DNA of 61,463 bases, the filler included, from Squatina squatina (lineage: Eukaryota): assembly GCA_031763465.1 (NCBI GenBank). It is 4 parts of 4 records of this genome, joined end to end, with 100 filler letters (N's around TTAATTAATTAA, not from the genome) between each part and the next. Parts side by side here need not be neighbours in the genome. Positions count along the whole stretch, not along the records: positions 1 to 17,852 come from JARFOE010000192.1; positions 17,953 to 30,992 come from JARFOE010000149.1; 2 more parts are not named here. One strand, written 5' to 3'. This document shows positions 13,078 through 25,771 of the stretch, piece by piece. Both the position numbers and the translations under genes were made by a program. Each line of letters starts with the position of its first letter. Within the stretch, counting starts at the first letter, position 1. Below the pieces are notes generated by a model that was not told the DNA's origin, did no database searches, and was given only the letters and a program-made list of their open reading frames with translations.

Positions 13078-16000
13078 CGCTGTCTTTTTAGAAAAATACC
13101 CAGCATCATTTTGCTTCACTTAGTCATATATTGGGAATATATTTTAAAAATGCAGTGGTATTAAACATCACACAGAACTTGACAGACACAAAGCAACTTG
13201 TGGTTCAGGTTAAAGCAGAAAGTTTTAAATGGGATAAGCAATAGTCAAAAACCAGTTTTAATGGGAGAATTTCAAGAATGGTGTTCTCTAAAGTACTTCA
13301 ATTTTATATGGTTATATATTTAACAGAAGTCTGGTACCACAATAAAGAGATCAATGCACCCTTAAAGTAGAGTTAAGAAAAAGATTCACTTCAGTATCTC
13401 ATCCCAGAGAGAAAGTTTCTAATTTGCCACAGTTTTATTGTGAGATTATGAAAAACTACTAAAAGTGTCTGAAGCATTGCTAAATTTGGGCATTTCAAGG
13501 TGCTGGGCTCCATTATTACTTTGCTAGACTATACAGTTCTTATACCATACAGATGATATATGAACATAGACAGCTAAAACAAACACAAGGCAGGCAAGTT
13601 CAATTTTTAGTTCAAAGCAGTAAGGTTGCACACAAGTTTTGCATTAGCTTGGGGTCATGCTTTCAACGACACTGAACGTTGCATTTTTTAAATTTGCAGG
13701 CACAAAGAGAAAAATGGTACTGACTTGACTACCTGCAAATTACCATTCCTCCAGTACAGTATTCAGTCAGATTTTGCAGTTTTAGTAAAAAAAAACCCCG
13801 AGCAAACAACTGATACTAATCCATTTTCATGAGCAATCAGATCAGAGAGAAAAGAATCAAAGAGCATTTCATGCAGCATTGTGCAGTTATTAAAATGTAC
13901 TTGTGCACTCTATTCACTACAGGGGATTAGTCAGAGACGGTTACAATTTAATGTTGCTGCGGTATAACCACTTCTGCCAATTTTTAATGAAATCCGAACG
14001 AATGGTTCATTCAGCATAGTGGCACGGGCATTTACATTGCGAGTACTGGAGCCCTGTAACGTGAAAAAAATTGCAGTTCAGATAATTGCAAGTGCTGCTT
14101 TTGTGCACGTACATGTTTGGAGCCTGGAGACATACACAAAACAGAAGTATCATGGCTGTCGGCTAAATCACACTCCAGCTTACGGCTCCACCCAGGAAAT
14201 ACCAGACTCATTCGCCTCGCTTCCCTGCTCCTCGGCTGCTGGTTTACATCTCCCCGGGCCTCTTGCTTCCCACTCCGCTGCTTCTAGGACCTCGGCTCCT
14301 TGCTCCCTGTGCCTCACACCTACTGCTCCCCTGCTCCTTGGGCCCAGACCTTCTGCTCACCCAGCCTCCCGTTCCCTGTGCTNNNNNNNNNNNNNNNNNN
14401 NNNNNNNNNNNNNNNNNNNNNNNNNNNNNNNNNNNNNNNNNNNNNNNNNNNNNNNNNNNNNNNNNNNNNNNNNNNNNNNNNNACTCGCAGCATAACTCTG
14501 CCTACGTCTCCTCATTAATCTCGATATGGACACACACAGCAGTGAGTGCTTTCTACATGAACTTAGTGTGCATTGGACTATGCAAACTAACTAGGAATGT
14601 TGTGGCTCATTGCTGACTAAACAAAACACCACCTCCACAAAGGGTTTGATCAGACTCTGTCTACTATCAAGGTAAACATGTGACAGAAGTGATGTGAATA
14701 TTACATTTCAACAAAAGGGCATAATTGGCTTGGTATGGCAGATTGGTACACTAGATACACAGTTGTTTGATAGACACAAGTACAGAAACTGGCTCAATAT
14801 CCACTAAATCACAATGATCTGTTTTTATTGTTTCTCAGTGTAAACACAGATTCAAGCAGGGGAAACCAAGCCTTGTAAACACACTCTTTCTGACCAGTTT
14901 GTGTGCTTCCGCAAGTGCAATTTCCTGCCACTGAACTGGTTTCACAATTAAGGTCACACTTAATCCAGATAAAGCCAAGACTAGTGGGAATTTTAAAAAT
15001 CTGGTAAACCCTTGCAGCACTGAAGGGCTTTACTGTGCTCAAAGTTTAATCAAACCTGTCACGGAACACTTTTTTTTAAAGCAGATTGAAGGCTCCAGGA
15101 ATTCTAGTTCGTGAAATAATAAGGTGGAGGCTCGAACATAGTGGCAGACTGCCNNNNNNNNNNTCCACTGCAGTCTTTAAAACAAGAGAATTTAAGAGCA
15201 CACTTGTTTACACACAGGACTGCAGCCAAATAGCACTTTTCCGCCATCTTCCACAGCACGAAATCAGTGATATGACCATGATAACCACATGGCTGGTTTA
15301 AACTGCCTTGATATTTACTCTAAATATGCAGCCTTCCCAACCTCCACTGCAAGACAATACTCTGCCTTTAAAAGCTGTCCTGAAATAAACAGGATAGCTA
15401 ATTAATTGGCCAATTATTGAAGTATAGTACATGTACAAAACATCTATTTGGACATCAGTTCTTACACACACTGTTCATCTATATGTAGGATGGCTACATT
15501 TTTAGTCACACATTTTCAATACTGTTGAGTTTTCTGTGACACACATTTAAAGNNNNNNNNNNNNNNNNNNNNNNNNNNNNNNNNNNNNNNNNNNNNNNNN
15601 NNNNNNNNNNNNNNNNNNNNNNNNNNNNNNNNNNNNNNNNNNNNNNNNNNNNNNNNNNNNNNNNNNNNNNNNNNNNNNNNNNNNNNNNNNNNNNNNNNNN
15701 NNNNNNNNNNNNNNNNNNNNNNNNNNNNNNNNNNNNNNNNNNNNNNNNNNNNNNNNNNNNNNNNNNNNNNNNNNNNNNNNNNNNNNNNNNNNNNNNNNNN
15801 NNNNNACAGCTCTGCAAGCAGTAAGTTTCTGATCTCATATGCTGTGCAGCAGTGGAGAGAAGCAAGCATTTGTGTGTCTCATACCCATGCCACTCCCTTT
15901 GACCAGTTTAAACTACCATTAACAGAGGTCTGCCTGACTTTTCTGGTGGGGAGAAGAACAGACTGCAAGGGCAACCCGGGCAATCATGCATTTAAACTAG

Positions 16001-17404
16001 AGCGAAAGAAATAAAATTGAAGTTACATTAATTTCCAGCCTTTGTAATTGATGGCAAATTTCACACTCCATCCACTGAATTCAGAATAAACTGTTCTTGA
16101 GTTTGCTTCGAGTTTGGGAAGCTAATTCACACTAGCACCTGCAGAACCTGATCCGAGTTGGTAGTAATCCGTTGTTGTGATGTCAATAACACATGTGCAC
16201 AAAACAGTTTGGTCAATTTTGTAGCCATTAAAAATATTTTTAGCATTGCCCCAGGAAGGGCAACCAATTGGGACATCACCTTAAGACATTTTTTTTCTTT
16301 GCCTCCTTGACTTTGCCCTTTGGTTCCTGAGCCACAGAAGCTCACGTTTACACTGTGTACCGAAATCTGCTGTCCAGATCCGAAAACACCAGGTGCTGGA
16401 GTTCCACAGCCAGATTGATTCAATCTTGCAGTGAACCCTGGGAACTGCTTTGCAGCAATGTTGAAGATGGCATGTGAATACATGCTGAATCACGCATTTA
16501 TTTAAGCCAAGAAATTCAAAATCAGAAGCAACAAAGTGATACTCTGGAAAATTAACCCTTTTAGACACAGTGAATGCACAGCATACAACAATACCAGTAG
16601 TTAAACTGGAAATTTTAATTTACTGGCAGAGAAAAAAAAAATTGACTCAGCTGACAACATCCAAATTGCTCGTAATCACAGTGCCTCCTTAGAGTCTTAC
16701 ATTTTTGAGCAATCTCGGTCTAAAAAGATTGGATCTGCATGCAGTACACAAACAGATTCTTCTTGAAAACAAGCAAGTAGCATTTGGGGATCACTGAAGC
16801 TTGCAGCTAATAAATGGTTTAGAGAGTTTCCTGTACCGCCAGGTCTGGCTATGTAACATTCAAAACTGGTTGTGCCTGTCTGATATTGATGCATCAGTAA
16901 GACATGGGGATTGGCAACCGAATGAAAAAAGGGAAGAGTGGAAATTCCTTCAACCGATTCTAGAAGATTATCGATAGAAGGCGTTTTACCCCAAAGAACT
17001 TCATTCCAGTTTAATTTGTTAGATATGCTGGTCACACAGAAAGTCAACATCTGTTTGCTGTAATTACATACAAATTCATCCATCTAGAATTATAAAAGCT
17101 GATGACTTTGTATTAATTATTTCAAATTTCTATTAAGGAGGGATTGTCTATTAGCAAGAGCAGGCAGACAACATTTTGGTCATGATGTCATGTAATGACC
17201 TGCTTTGACATGCATTCTGTAGGAAAAAAGGTTTCTAAAAGCTTTTTGGCAGACACGCTGCTTTAATGAGATCAGAAAGTTTTAAGTCAAGAACAGCTGA
17301 TTAGTTTTCTTCCCTCAGTATTATGGACACCTGCCCAGGTGCAACTTCCGTGCAGCATACAAAAGGACCATAAAATTTCTCTCCATTCAAATTTTTCTGC
17401 TGTG

Positions 17405-17852
17405 CTACAGTGCAACACACCCTGAGTACTGTCCCTCCGACACTGAAGTTCTCCCACAGAACTACCCCTCCCACAGTGCAGCGTTCCCTCAGTACTGCAC
17501 CTCCGATAGTGTGGAATTCCCTCAGTACTGCCCCTTCCACTGTGCTGCACTCCCTCAGTACTGCCCCTTCCACTGTGCTGCACTCCCTCAGTAGTGCCCC
17601 ATTACAGATCAGCATTCCCTCAGTACTGCCCCTCCGACAGGGCAGCGCTCCCTCAGTACTCCCACTCCGACAGTGCAGCACTCCCTCAGTACTGCACCTC
17701 CGACAGTGTGGCATTCCCTCAGTACTGCCCCTCCGACAGTGCAGCGCTCCCTCAGTACTGCCCCTTCGAAAGTGCAGCATTCACTCAGTACCGCCTCTCC
17801 GACACTGCAGTGCTCCCTCAGGACCGACCCTCCGACAATGCAGCGCACCCTC
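17405..17852. repeat. ~34-bp minisatellite (cagtgcagcactccctcagtactgcccctccga)n
   Basis: About 13 degenerate head-to-tail units running into the scaffold end. It accounts for the repetitive ORFs in several frames. Confidence 0.9.
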
Positions 17853-17952
17853 NNNNNNNNNNNNNNNNNNNNNNNNNNNNNNNNNNNNNNNNNNNNTTAA
17901 TTAATTAANNNNNNNNNNNNNNNNNNNNNNNNNNNNNNNNNNNNNNNNNNNN
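17853..17952. other. Artificial scaffold linker (44N-TTAATTAATTAA-44N)
   Basis: An identical 100-nt structure occurs three times. The 12-mer places stop codons in all six frames. Confidence 0.95.
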
Positions 17953-18075
17953 TGAATAGCTGGGGTCCAAGCACTGAACCCTGCGGTACCCCACTAGTTA
18001 CTGCCTGCCACTAGGAAAAACACCCGTTTATTCCTATTCTTTGTTTCCTGTCTGCCAACCAGTTCTCTATCCAAT
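17953..18075 (-). mobile_element. CR1 LINE RT fragment
   Basis: The reverse complement encodes ENWLADRKQRIGINGCFS*WQAVTSGVPQGSVLGPQLF, a typical CR1 reverse transcriptase motif. Confidence 0.85.
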
Positions 18076-18159
18076 GTGGCACTAACCAATTGGGACCCCA
18101 AATTTCTTCCCCAATTGTCTTCCACCAACCTATCCTCTCAGCTTTCTTCCTCTCTTTCA

Positions 18160-18545
18160 TGAAGGCACGGGCTCATACTGTGTTGCAGTTCTATGAGTGC
18201 CAGCTTCTTCGAGTAACCAGCCCCACTGGCCAATCTTCTTGTGTGGACCTAGATAGTGGTCACTTAAGGAGCATAATAGCTGACCATCCCGCCCAATTCT
18301 CACCAGAAATCCATCGATGTACGCTCTCAAGCAGCAGTCAGTGGCTAGTGATCAGGAGTGGGCACTCAGCCTGGCTTTCAGCTCACTAACCCAGGGATGT
18401 TGAGGCCGATTGTCGGAACCCGAGTGCTGGGCTGGCTGAGATCACCAAACTCCGCACCGACCAGAAATCAAACCTGGGACATTCATGTACGGTTAAGGAA
18501 CAAAACAGATGGCGCTTTTACCCACTGAGCTATCACAGGCCGGTT
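18160..18545 (-). mobile_element. LF-SINE-like SINE
   Basis: The reverse complement begins gatagctcagtgggtaaaagc... (A-box-like) ...tcccaggtttgatttctggtc (B-box-like) ...gatctcagcc. Confidence 0.6.
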
Positions 18546-18577
18546 TTTCTTTTAAATAAAGCTGTATTTTCACTTAC

Positions 18578-18640
18578 CAGCTGCAAGAGATCATAGAGTT
18601 TTTCACTGAGAACTCCAAACACCTTTTCATCTGCAAAAGC
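18578..18640 (-). CDS. TIMELESS: TIMELESS internal coding exon (63 nt)
   Basis: ttgtag acceptor, peptide AFADEKVFGVLSEKLYDLLQL, GTAAGT donor. It matches the recalled human TIMELESS segment [21 protein letters not shown]. Phase 0-0. Confidence 0.85.
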
Positions 18641-19348
18641 CTACAACATAAAAGACAGTGGTTTAACTACACTGGACATTAGTAGTACTTTGAAAAAAGT
18701 GCTTTTAATTAGAGGAAAACAAATGTAACCTGAAAGGGGAACTATCAGCAGTAGTAAAGTATGGAATGTTTATATTTGTGCCGTGTTTGTATAAACAGAA
18801 TGCAGGAAGGGTACAGAAACTCTCGTGCCTGGTTAGCACTAGAACTATACGCGAGTACAGATTGCTAGGACATGGGAATGTATCTGCATTCCTAAAACGC
18901 GGTGTTTACTTCAGCTGTTTGATCCAGTGTATTTGGAGACTTGCTGTGGTTCTCTCGGGGAGGGGGGAAGAATTTTTTACATGGTGGTTTGAGGTCACCT
19001 TGGAAACTCGTTGCTTATAACTGAAATATCTCACTTGCACCCAAATACTCCCATTTTACAATTTTATCCTCATTTTGCACATTGTCGATAACGGAGCACA
19101 GAATGAGGCTGTTTGGCCCATCATGCCTCCACTGTTAGCTCCGCATCAGAAATCTAAATCCCCATTTTCTGCTCTTTCCAATCCTTTATTATTTTTCTTC
19201 TTTGGCTATTTATCGAATTCACTCTTAAATGTTATGATTGACTCAGTGNNNNNNNNNNNNNNNNNNNNNNNNNNNNNNNNNNNNNNNNNNNNNNNNNNNN
19301 NNNNNNNNNNNNNNNNNNNNNNNNNNNNNNNNNNNNNNNNNNNNNNNN

Positions 19349-19664
19349 CAACTCCCTGAGATCTCTGCGCTCCTCTAATCCTGGCCTCTTGTCCATCCCC
19401 GATTTTAATCGCTCCACCATTAGTGGCAGTGCCTCCAGCTGCCTGAGCCCCAAGCTCTGGAATTCCCTCCCTAAATCTCTCCGTCTCGCTATCTCTCTTT
19501 CTTCCTTTAAGATGCCACTTAAAACTGACCTCTTTGACCAAGCCACCTGTCCTAATATCTCTTTATGTGGCTCAGTGTTAAATTTTGTCTGATAATCGCT
19601 CCTGTGAAACACCTTGGGGTGTTTTATTACGTTAAAGACGCTATATAAAGGCAAGTTGTTGTTT
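19349..19664 (+). mobile_element. L2-type LINE 3' end
   Basis: Encodes ...PKLWNSLPKSLRLAISLSSFKMPLKTDLFDQA, followed by the tail ...gctatataaaggcaagttgttgtt. Confidence 0.75.
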
Positions 19665-19839
19665 GTCTATAATTACTGTCGGTGATATTAGTGGACAAGG
19701 ATGTAACGGAATCTAGCAAGATTCCCATGGTTACTATTTCTATTTAGGGTTTAAACTATTTATTTTCATTGGGTTCAAATAGCAGATCGAGCAACATTAG
19801 ATATCTGAAGGCATGAAATGTTCAAACCAGTATTTTAAA

Positions 19840-20166
19840 AATTCTTTCCTGGGATGTGGGCGTCGCTGGCATAGCCAGCATTTACTGCCCTTGAGAAGGT
19901 GGTGATGAGCCGTCTTCTTAAGCCGCTGCTGTCCATGTGGTGAAGGAGCTTCCACAGTGCTGTTAGGGAGGGAGTTCCAGGATTTTGACCCAGCGACAAC
20001 GAAAGAATGGCCGATATATTTCCAAGTCAGAATGGTGTGTAACTTGGAGGGGAACATGGAGGTGATGGTGTTCCCATGCGCCTGCTGCCCTCGTACTTCT
20101 AGGTGGTCGAGATCGTGGGTTTGAGAGGTGCTGCTGGAGAAGCCTTGTAGAGTTGCTGCAGTGCAA
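19840..20166 (-). mobile_element. Non-LTR retrotransposon 3' end (CR1/L2 group, 'KxAHHHLLKG' family)
   Basis: Encodes GSKSWNSLPNSTV...QRLKKTAHHHLLKG. The same family occurs at 28717. Confidence 0.75.
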
Positions 20167-20331
20167 CTTAAATTCTTTTTCTTCTTAGGCAGTCCCTCAG
20201 AATCAACCATGATAATATTGCATGGCGGAGANNNNNNNNNNNNNNNNNNNNNNNNNNNNNNNNNNNNNNNNNNNNNNNNNNNNNNNNNNNNNNNNNNNNN
20301 NNNNNNNNNNNNNNNNNNNNNNNNNNNNNNN

Positions 20332-21286
20332 GGGCTAAAATTAGTTACTCAGATTGGCAAATGGTGGGAAGTCGTGTACCAACAAGGCTTGGTGCTGGGA
20401 CCACTGTTATTCACTAAATTATGTACATGTATATGTATATGTATGCGGATGACACCAAATTGTGGGGTATAGTTAATAGAGGAAGATATTAATAACTTGG
20501 TAGAATGGGTGTCTAATTGTCAAATGAACATCAACATAGATAAGTGCAAGGAAGCAATACATTTTGGAAGGAAGAATAAGGAGGTCATGCACTCCTTGGA
20601 AAATAATTGTCTAACTGGGGTACAGGAACAGAGGGATCTGGGGGCGTAGATACACAAATTACTAAAAGTAGCAACAACATAAGGCCATAAAAAAAAGCAA
20701 ACAGATCACTGGGGTTCATTTCTAGAGGGATAGAATTAAAAGCAGAGAAGTTATGTTAAACTTGTACTGAACCTTGGCTAGCCTACACTTGGTACAGTTC
20801 TGGTCTCCAAATTATAAAAAGGATATAGAGACATTGGAGAAGGTGCAAAAAAGATACTAGAATGATATCAGAACTGAGAGGTTCTATCAAGAAAGATTGA
20901 ACAAGCTGAGCCTCCTTTCTCTGGAAAAGAGAGAATGAGGGGTGATCTGATAGAGGCCTTTAAGATTATGAAAGGGATTGATAGGATAGATGAAGAGAAG
21001 ACATTTCCACTGGATGGGACCAGACATGGGGCCATAAATACAAGATAGTCACTAATAAATCCAATAGGGATTTCAGGAGAAACTTCTTTACCCGGAGAGT
21101 GATTAGAACGTGGAACTCACTGCCACAAATAGTTGAGGAGAATAGTGTAGATACATTTATGGGGAAGCTAGGTAAGCACGAGGGGGAAAGGAACAGAGGA
21201 TGTTATGATGGGGTTAGATGAGGAGGGGTAGGAGAAGGCTCATGTGGAGCATAAACACCAGCAAAGATCTGTTGGGCCGAATGGCC
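20332..21286 (+). mobile_element. CR1 LINE 3' portion, degenerate RT
   Basis: Remnants of QGxVLGPLLF, YADDT, RGDLIE and FFTxRVxxxWNSLP, with many stops and frameshifts. Confidence 0.85.
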
Positions 21287-22077
21287 NNNNNNNNNNNNNN
21301 NNNNNNNNNNNNNNNNNNNNNNNNNNNNNNNNNNNNNNNNNNNNNNNNNNNNNNNNNNNNNNNNNNNNNNNNNNNNNNNNNNNNNNTCGGGAGGGCCTCA
21401 CGATTGTTGGGGTTGGGAGTGTAGGGAGCTCGAAGCAGGGAGGCTGAAATGTTTCTACTGATCCTTGGCCTTGTCTGGTCTCCAATTCCTCTTCCTGCCA
21501 GGTGGCACTGGAGGAAAATCCACAACTACTTCTCTGCACACTTAAGATGGGAGTTGGGCCCCCATGACCTGAATGAAGCAGAGACTACATATTTAATAAA
21601 AAAAGGACCTTGCCAATTTCTGTCAGGTGTCCCTCTCGCTTGCTCAGAAGAGCAGGTTAAAATCATTGCCTGCAGGATCAGACTGGGTGAGTCTCATGGG
21701 CAATTTTAACTGCCCGGCCACCGAGCAAGCTGGGTTAAATATTCTCTTAAGAGTCCGTCCCTATTTAAACTTACTGCATATTTAATATATCATATAAAAA
21801 TAATACATTGGCTTTAAAATTAATTTTCTCCTGGGCTATCTGCCTATGAATGGTCACCAGGAAATTTTTTGCATTGTTTTGAAATGAGTGGCTATTCAAA
21901 GATGTTGCAAATGTTGGACCGTTGGAAGCAGTGAGATTTTCCTGAGAAACAAACAGCGACATAAAACTATGCACACATTGAAAGGAAGAAATAGAGTTAA
22001 GGTTATTTGCCATGCAAATAACATTTTCTGAAAACATAAAGGGCCTGCCATTTATGGTCCTTCCTGTGCATTCATTA

Positions 22078-22204
22078 GAACGTGAGAATTAGGAGCAGGA
22101 GTGGGCCATACAACCCCTCAAGCCTGCTCTGCCATTCAATAAGACTATGGCTGATCATTGACCTAAACTCCACTTTCCCTCTCGATCCCCATATCCCTTG
22201 ATCC
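22078..22204 (-). mobile_element. CR1 3' terminal fragment
   Basis: gaattaggagcaggagt...cctcaagcctgctctgccattcaataaga...atggctgatc is the reverse complement of the CR1 3' UTR. Confidence 0.75.
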
Positions 22205-22749
22205 TGGCTGGCGCGTCAGCAGCTGAGGGCCAGAAACACCGGAATTGAGGCCAAATATACCTGGTGCCAGACTAATGTCAAAGTATCTGAATGTATAGGA
22301 TGGGGCCTCAAGGCCATGGGAACAAGAAGGGGCAAAGCCAGGGGTGGGAGACTCTCTACTTAGTGATTTTCCATGCTCCCAACCCTCAGTAGGGCCCAGC
22401 ATAGAATGAATCCTTTATTCCTTGACTGCTTTGCATCGCTCCTGACAGTGACCTCAGATTAACATTAATTAGTGGTATCGGCATTGATTCTTGGCTGCCA
22501 TAAATTAATTTTGCCATAGATTTCATTTCTGATTTATAAAAGTTGCAGTATAAAGGATACTGTAACTCTATGAGTCAAAACAGATGTAACAGATTGGATA
22601 GAAAGCAGATTGCCTACTTGTAATGGTACAATTTTTTGTCCGATTAATTAACATTAAATTTTTCAAAGTGATTACCTGAAGCAAACTTACCATAGAATGC
22701 TTAAATATAACAGTCCCATTATACCATGCTCCAAGTAGGCCTTCCCATT

Positions 22750-22935
22750 AATACAAAGGCAAAACACTGTGGATACTCAAAATCTGAAATAAAAACAGAA
22801 AATGCTGGAAATATTCAGCAGGTCAGGCAGAATCTGCAGTTCTGATGAAAGGTCATCGACCTGAAACGTTATCTCTTTTTTCTCTCTCCACAGAGTCTGC
22901 CTCACCTGCTAAATGTTTCCAGCATTCTCTGTTCT
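22750..22935. mobile_element. Penelope-like non-autonomous palindromic repeat
   Basis: Inverted arms aaaacagaaaatgctggaaatattcagcaggtcaggcag ... ctgcctcacctgctaaatgtttccagcattctctgtt flank a hammerhead core. Related copies lie at 49800 and 52845. Confidence 0.7.
22838..22874 (+). ncRNA. Minimal type I hammerhead ribozyme motif
   Basis: AGTT-CTGATGA-A-AGGTC-ATC-GACCT-GAAA-C-G-T-T-ATCT. It has the CUGAUGA and GAAA core boxes, a perfect 5-bp stem II, a loopless palindromic stem III (AACGTT) and a stem I with one mismatch. Confidence 0.6.
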
Positions 22936-23280
22936 TACTCTTGCCATCCCACTCTGTTTTGGATCACACTGTATTATATTCAAAGTGATAAGGGACTTGT
23001 TCCTTCTTTGTTATGGACTTCTATTTGACACTGTACAATACAACAAGAAGTGTTATGNNNNNNNNNNNNNNNNNNNNNNNNNNNNNNNNNNNNNNNNNNN
23101 NNNNNNNNNNNNNNNNNNNNNNNNNNNNNNNNNNNNNNNNNNNNNNNNNNNNNNNNNTCGAAGGTCAGGGGGGGGGTCCTGGTTAAACTGGAAAGTTTGA
23201 GAGGTATGATAAAAACTCACGAGCAGGGGTTCGCTAAGTGATCAGTGCAAGGCCATTGCCGCTAACAGAGCGTATCAATA

Positions 23281-23664
23281 AGAACATAAGAATTAGGAGC
23301 AGGAGTCGGCCATTTGGCCCCTCGAGCCTGCTCCGCCATTCAACAAGATAATGGCTGATCATCGACCTCAACTCCACTTTCCCACCCAATCCCCATTTCC
23401 CTCGATTCCCCTAGAGTCCAAATATCTATCGATTTCAGCCTTGACTATACTCAATGATTCAGCATCCACAGTCCTTTGGGGTTGAGAATTCCAAAGATTC
23501 ATAGCCTTCTGAGTGAAGAAATGTCTCCTCGTCTCAGTCTTAAATGGCCGACCCCTTTATCCTGAGACCGTGACCCCGAGTTCTAAACTCTCCAACCAGG
23601 AGAAACAACCTCTCAGCATCTACCCTGTCAATCCCTTCAGAATGTTGTATGTTTCAATGAGATC
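23281..23664 (-). mobile_element. CR1 LINE 3' end
   Basis: The reverse complement encodes DLIETYNILKG..., followed by the CR1 3' UTR ending in ...cttatgttct. Confidence 0.85.
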
Positions 23665-23769
23665 NNNNNNNNNNNNNNNNNNNNNNNNNNNNNNNNNNNN
23701 NNNNNNNNNNNNNNNNNNNNNNNNNNNNNNNNNNNNNNNNNNNNNNNNNNNNNNNNNNNNNNNNGGCTT

Positions 23770-24065
23770 TGGGTAGGCAACACATCCTTCAGGATTCTCA
23801 TTCATGGCTGCAGAGGACACTATCTATCCCCCTAAGTATAGAATCCCCATCACTACCGCACTTCTATTGTGCTCTTCTCCACCCCAACCCCACCTTGGAC
23901 AGCCTTCTGGGTCACGGTGACTTGGTCTGCATTGTGGCTGTGCTCTGCACAGTCTTTCTCCTTGTCCTCACAGGTAGCGAGTACATCGTACCTGTTGGAC
24001 AGGATGAGTGTCTACAGGACCTCCTTCTCAACCTCTCCTAAGTCCTCGCTACCTGGCTCCCTAAT
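23770..24065 (-). mobile_element. CR1 ORF1 (SGNH esterase) fragment
   Basis: The reverse complement gives LILSNRYDVLATC and a frameshifted GDS-LRGID-VLC...RMCCLP, paralleling the ORF1 copies at 43653 and 45441. Confidence 0.6.
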
Positions 24066-24067
24066 AG

Positions 24068-24362
24068 TCACAATGTCTCCTCGTAATTTAACCCCTGGAG
24101 TCCAGATATCATTCTGATGAATCTACACTGCACTGCCTCCATGTCCAATATATCCTTCCTAAATTGTGGTGCCCAGAACTGCTCACAGTATTCCAGGTGT
24201 GGTTTTATGTAGGAACATAGGAACAGAAGTAAGCCATTTAGCCCCTTGAGCCTGTTCCGCATTTCAATGAGATCATGGCTGATCTGTGACCTAACTCTAC
24301 AGACCTGCCTTTGTCTCATATCTCTTAATACTTTTGGTTGACAAAAGTCTATCAATCTCAAA
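24068..24362 (-). mobile_element. Two abutting CR1 fragments (RT C-terminus and 3' UTR)
   Basis: PHLEYCEQFWAPQFRKDILDMEAVQCRFIRMI lies next to a CR1 3' UTR (gaacataggaacagaagtaagccatt...). Confidence 0.75.
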
Positions 24363-24756
24363 TAGCTGTAGCATAAGTTCTACTCTGATGGCTTGGAGAG
24401 GGCTGTCTCTTCAGGCTTAGACAGGCTTAGGCAGACTGGTTACAAACAACCTTTAGGCAAGGCTTCACTGATCTAATTGGTAACATTTGGCCTGCGTCCC
24501 ACAGATCAGTGGCCTTCCAAAGCCAGTGCCGAGTACCACTGGAACCAGCAGGAAGGTGCTCACATGCAACGTTGTCCTAAGCTGTGCGGGCACATAGCCG
24601 CCCATCGATCGGGAGATCCCGCGCAATGCGCTCACCAGCTGTTTCACCGGAAAAGATCAGTGGCCGCACAACAAATTTAAAGGGATCACGCACAAAAGAA
24701 ATTAGAGAGAACACTGCTCACATGATCCTACTGCCATTCACAATCCCAAAAAAGAA

Positions 24757-24997
24757 AAACTTACATTTATATAGCACCTTTCATGACCACCGGATGTCCT
24801 AAATACTTTACAGCCAGTGAAGTACTTTTTGAAGTGTAGTCCTTTTTGAAGTGTAGTCATTGTGTAATGAGGAACTATGGAAGCCAACTTGCAGACAGCA
24901 AGCTCCCACAAACACCAATGTGATAATTACCAGATAATCTGTTTTAGTGATGTTAATTGAGGTATCAATATTGGCCATGACACCAGGGATAACACAC
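24757..24997 (-). mobile_element. Deu-domain SINE (SacSINE1-like) 3' part
   Basis: Same family as 1349-1481, with a small internal duplication of ctttttgaagtgtagtc. Confidence 0.75.
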
Positions 24998-25771
24998 NNN
25001 NNNNNNNNNNNNNNNNNNNNNNNNNNNNNNNNNNNNNNNNNNNNNNNNNNNNNNNNNNNNNNNNNNNNNNNNNNNNNNNNNNNNNNNNNNNNNNNNNTGT
25101 CCGTATCAGAGAGGGGAATGGTGAATGAGGTACACCGGTCAGTCTCAATCAGATGGGACGATGTTATTCCTTTACTGTTTCAGTTTTGGTGTGTTCTCGC
25201 TCTAGAGAGTTCCACAAAGAAGCACTATCAACGAGATACGGCTGGGGAGGTTGGTGAAAAAGACACTGCACCGGGAGATCCCACAAACGGGGACACTAAG
25301 CCTCTGTGTTTTATGAAGATATGCATTCATGTATTTTTTTTTGACAAAACACAAGGGTTGGTGATAAACGGCGCAGTGTTTAAAGGCCATCCTCTGTGTG
25401 CTGAAGTGATGAGCTTGGAAGGCAGATGTGAGGGTGTCATTGTCACTGAAAGTTTTATTGATGATTGTGTTTAAGAACTCAGCACGTGCTTAAAAGGCCT
25501 GGAACCGGCTGTTCATTTGGATTGAGTCTGTGTTCCAGTTCAGCTAATGGCTGCAGAATTTTCCAGCCACAAAACAGTTCAGGTAACCAAGGTCTCCTTT
25601 TTTATATTGGCAGCGACAATTTGCATTTATATAGCGCCTTTTAATGTAGTAACACATCCCAAGGCGCTTCACAGGAGCGTAATCAGGAAAACTTTGACAG
25701 TTTTATTCATCATTAACTGGATATTCTCTGTATTGACTTCAAACAAGAAAAATAAAAGGAAAAACAAGAAA

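Noticed and set aside
16697-17083. 128-aa minus-strand ORF in scaffold 1
   Set aside because: No recognisable motif, not KIAA1217-like, and no convincing splice sites.
17287-17908. CRISPR-like periodicity and repetitive ORFs
   Set aside because: The units are head-to-tail with no unique spacers, there are no cas genes, and the context is eukaryotic. It is a minisatellite.
17897-17908. TTAATTAATTAA as a piggyBac target site or regulatory element
   Set aside because: It sits exactly centred in N runs three times, so it is an artificial linker.
25184-25474. Plus-strand open frame after a tttcag acceptor
   Set aside because: No frame resembles a protein I recognise and there is no partner exon. 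It could be a terminal exon or UTR, but I cannot support that.
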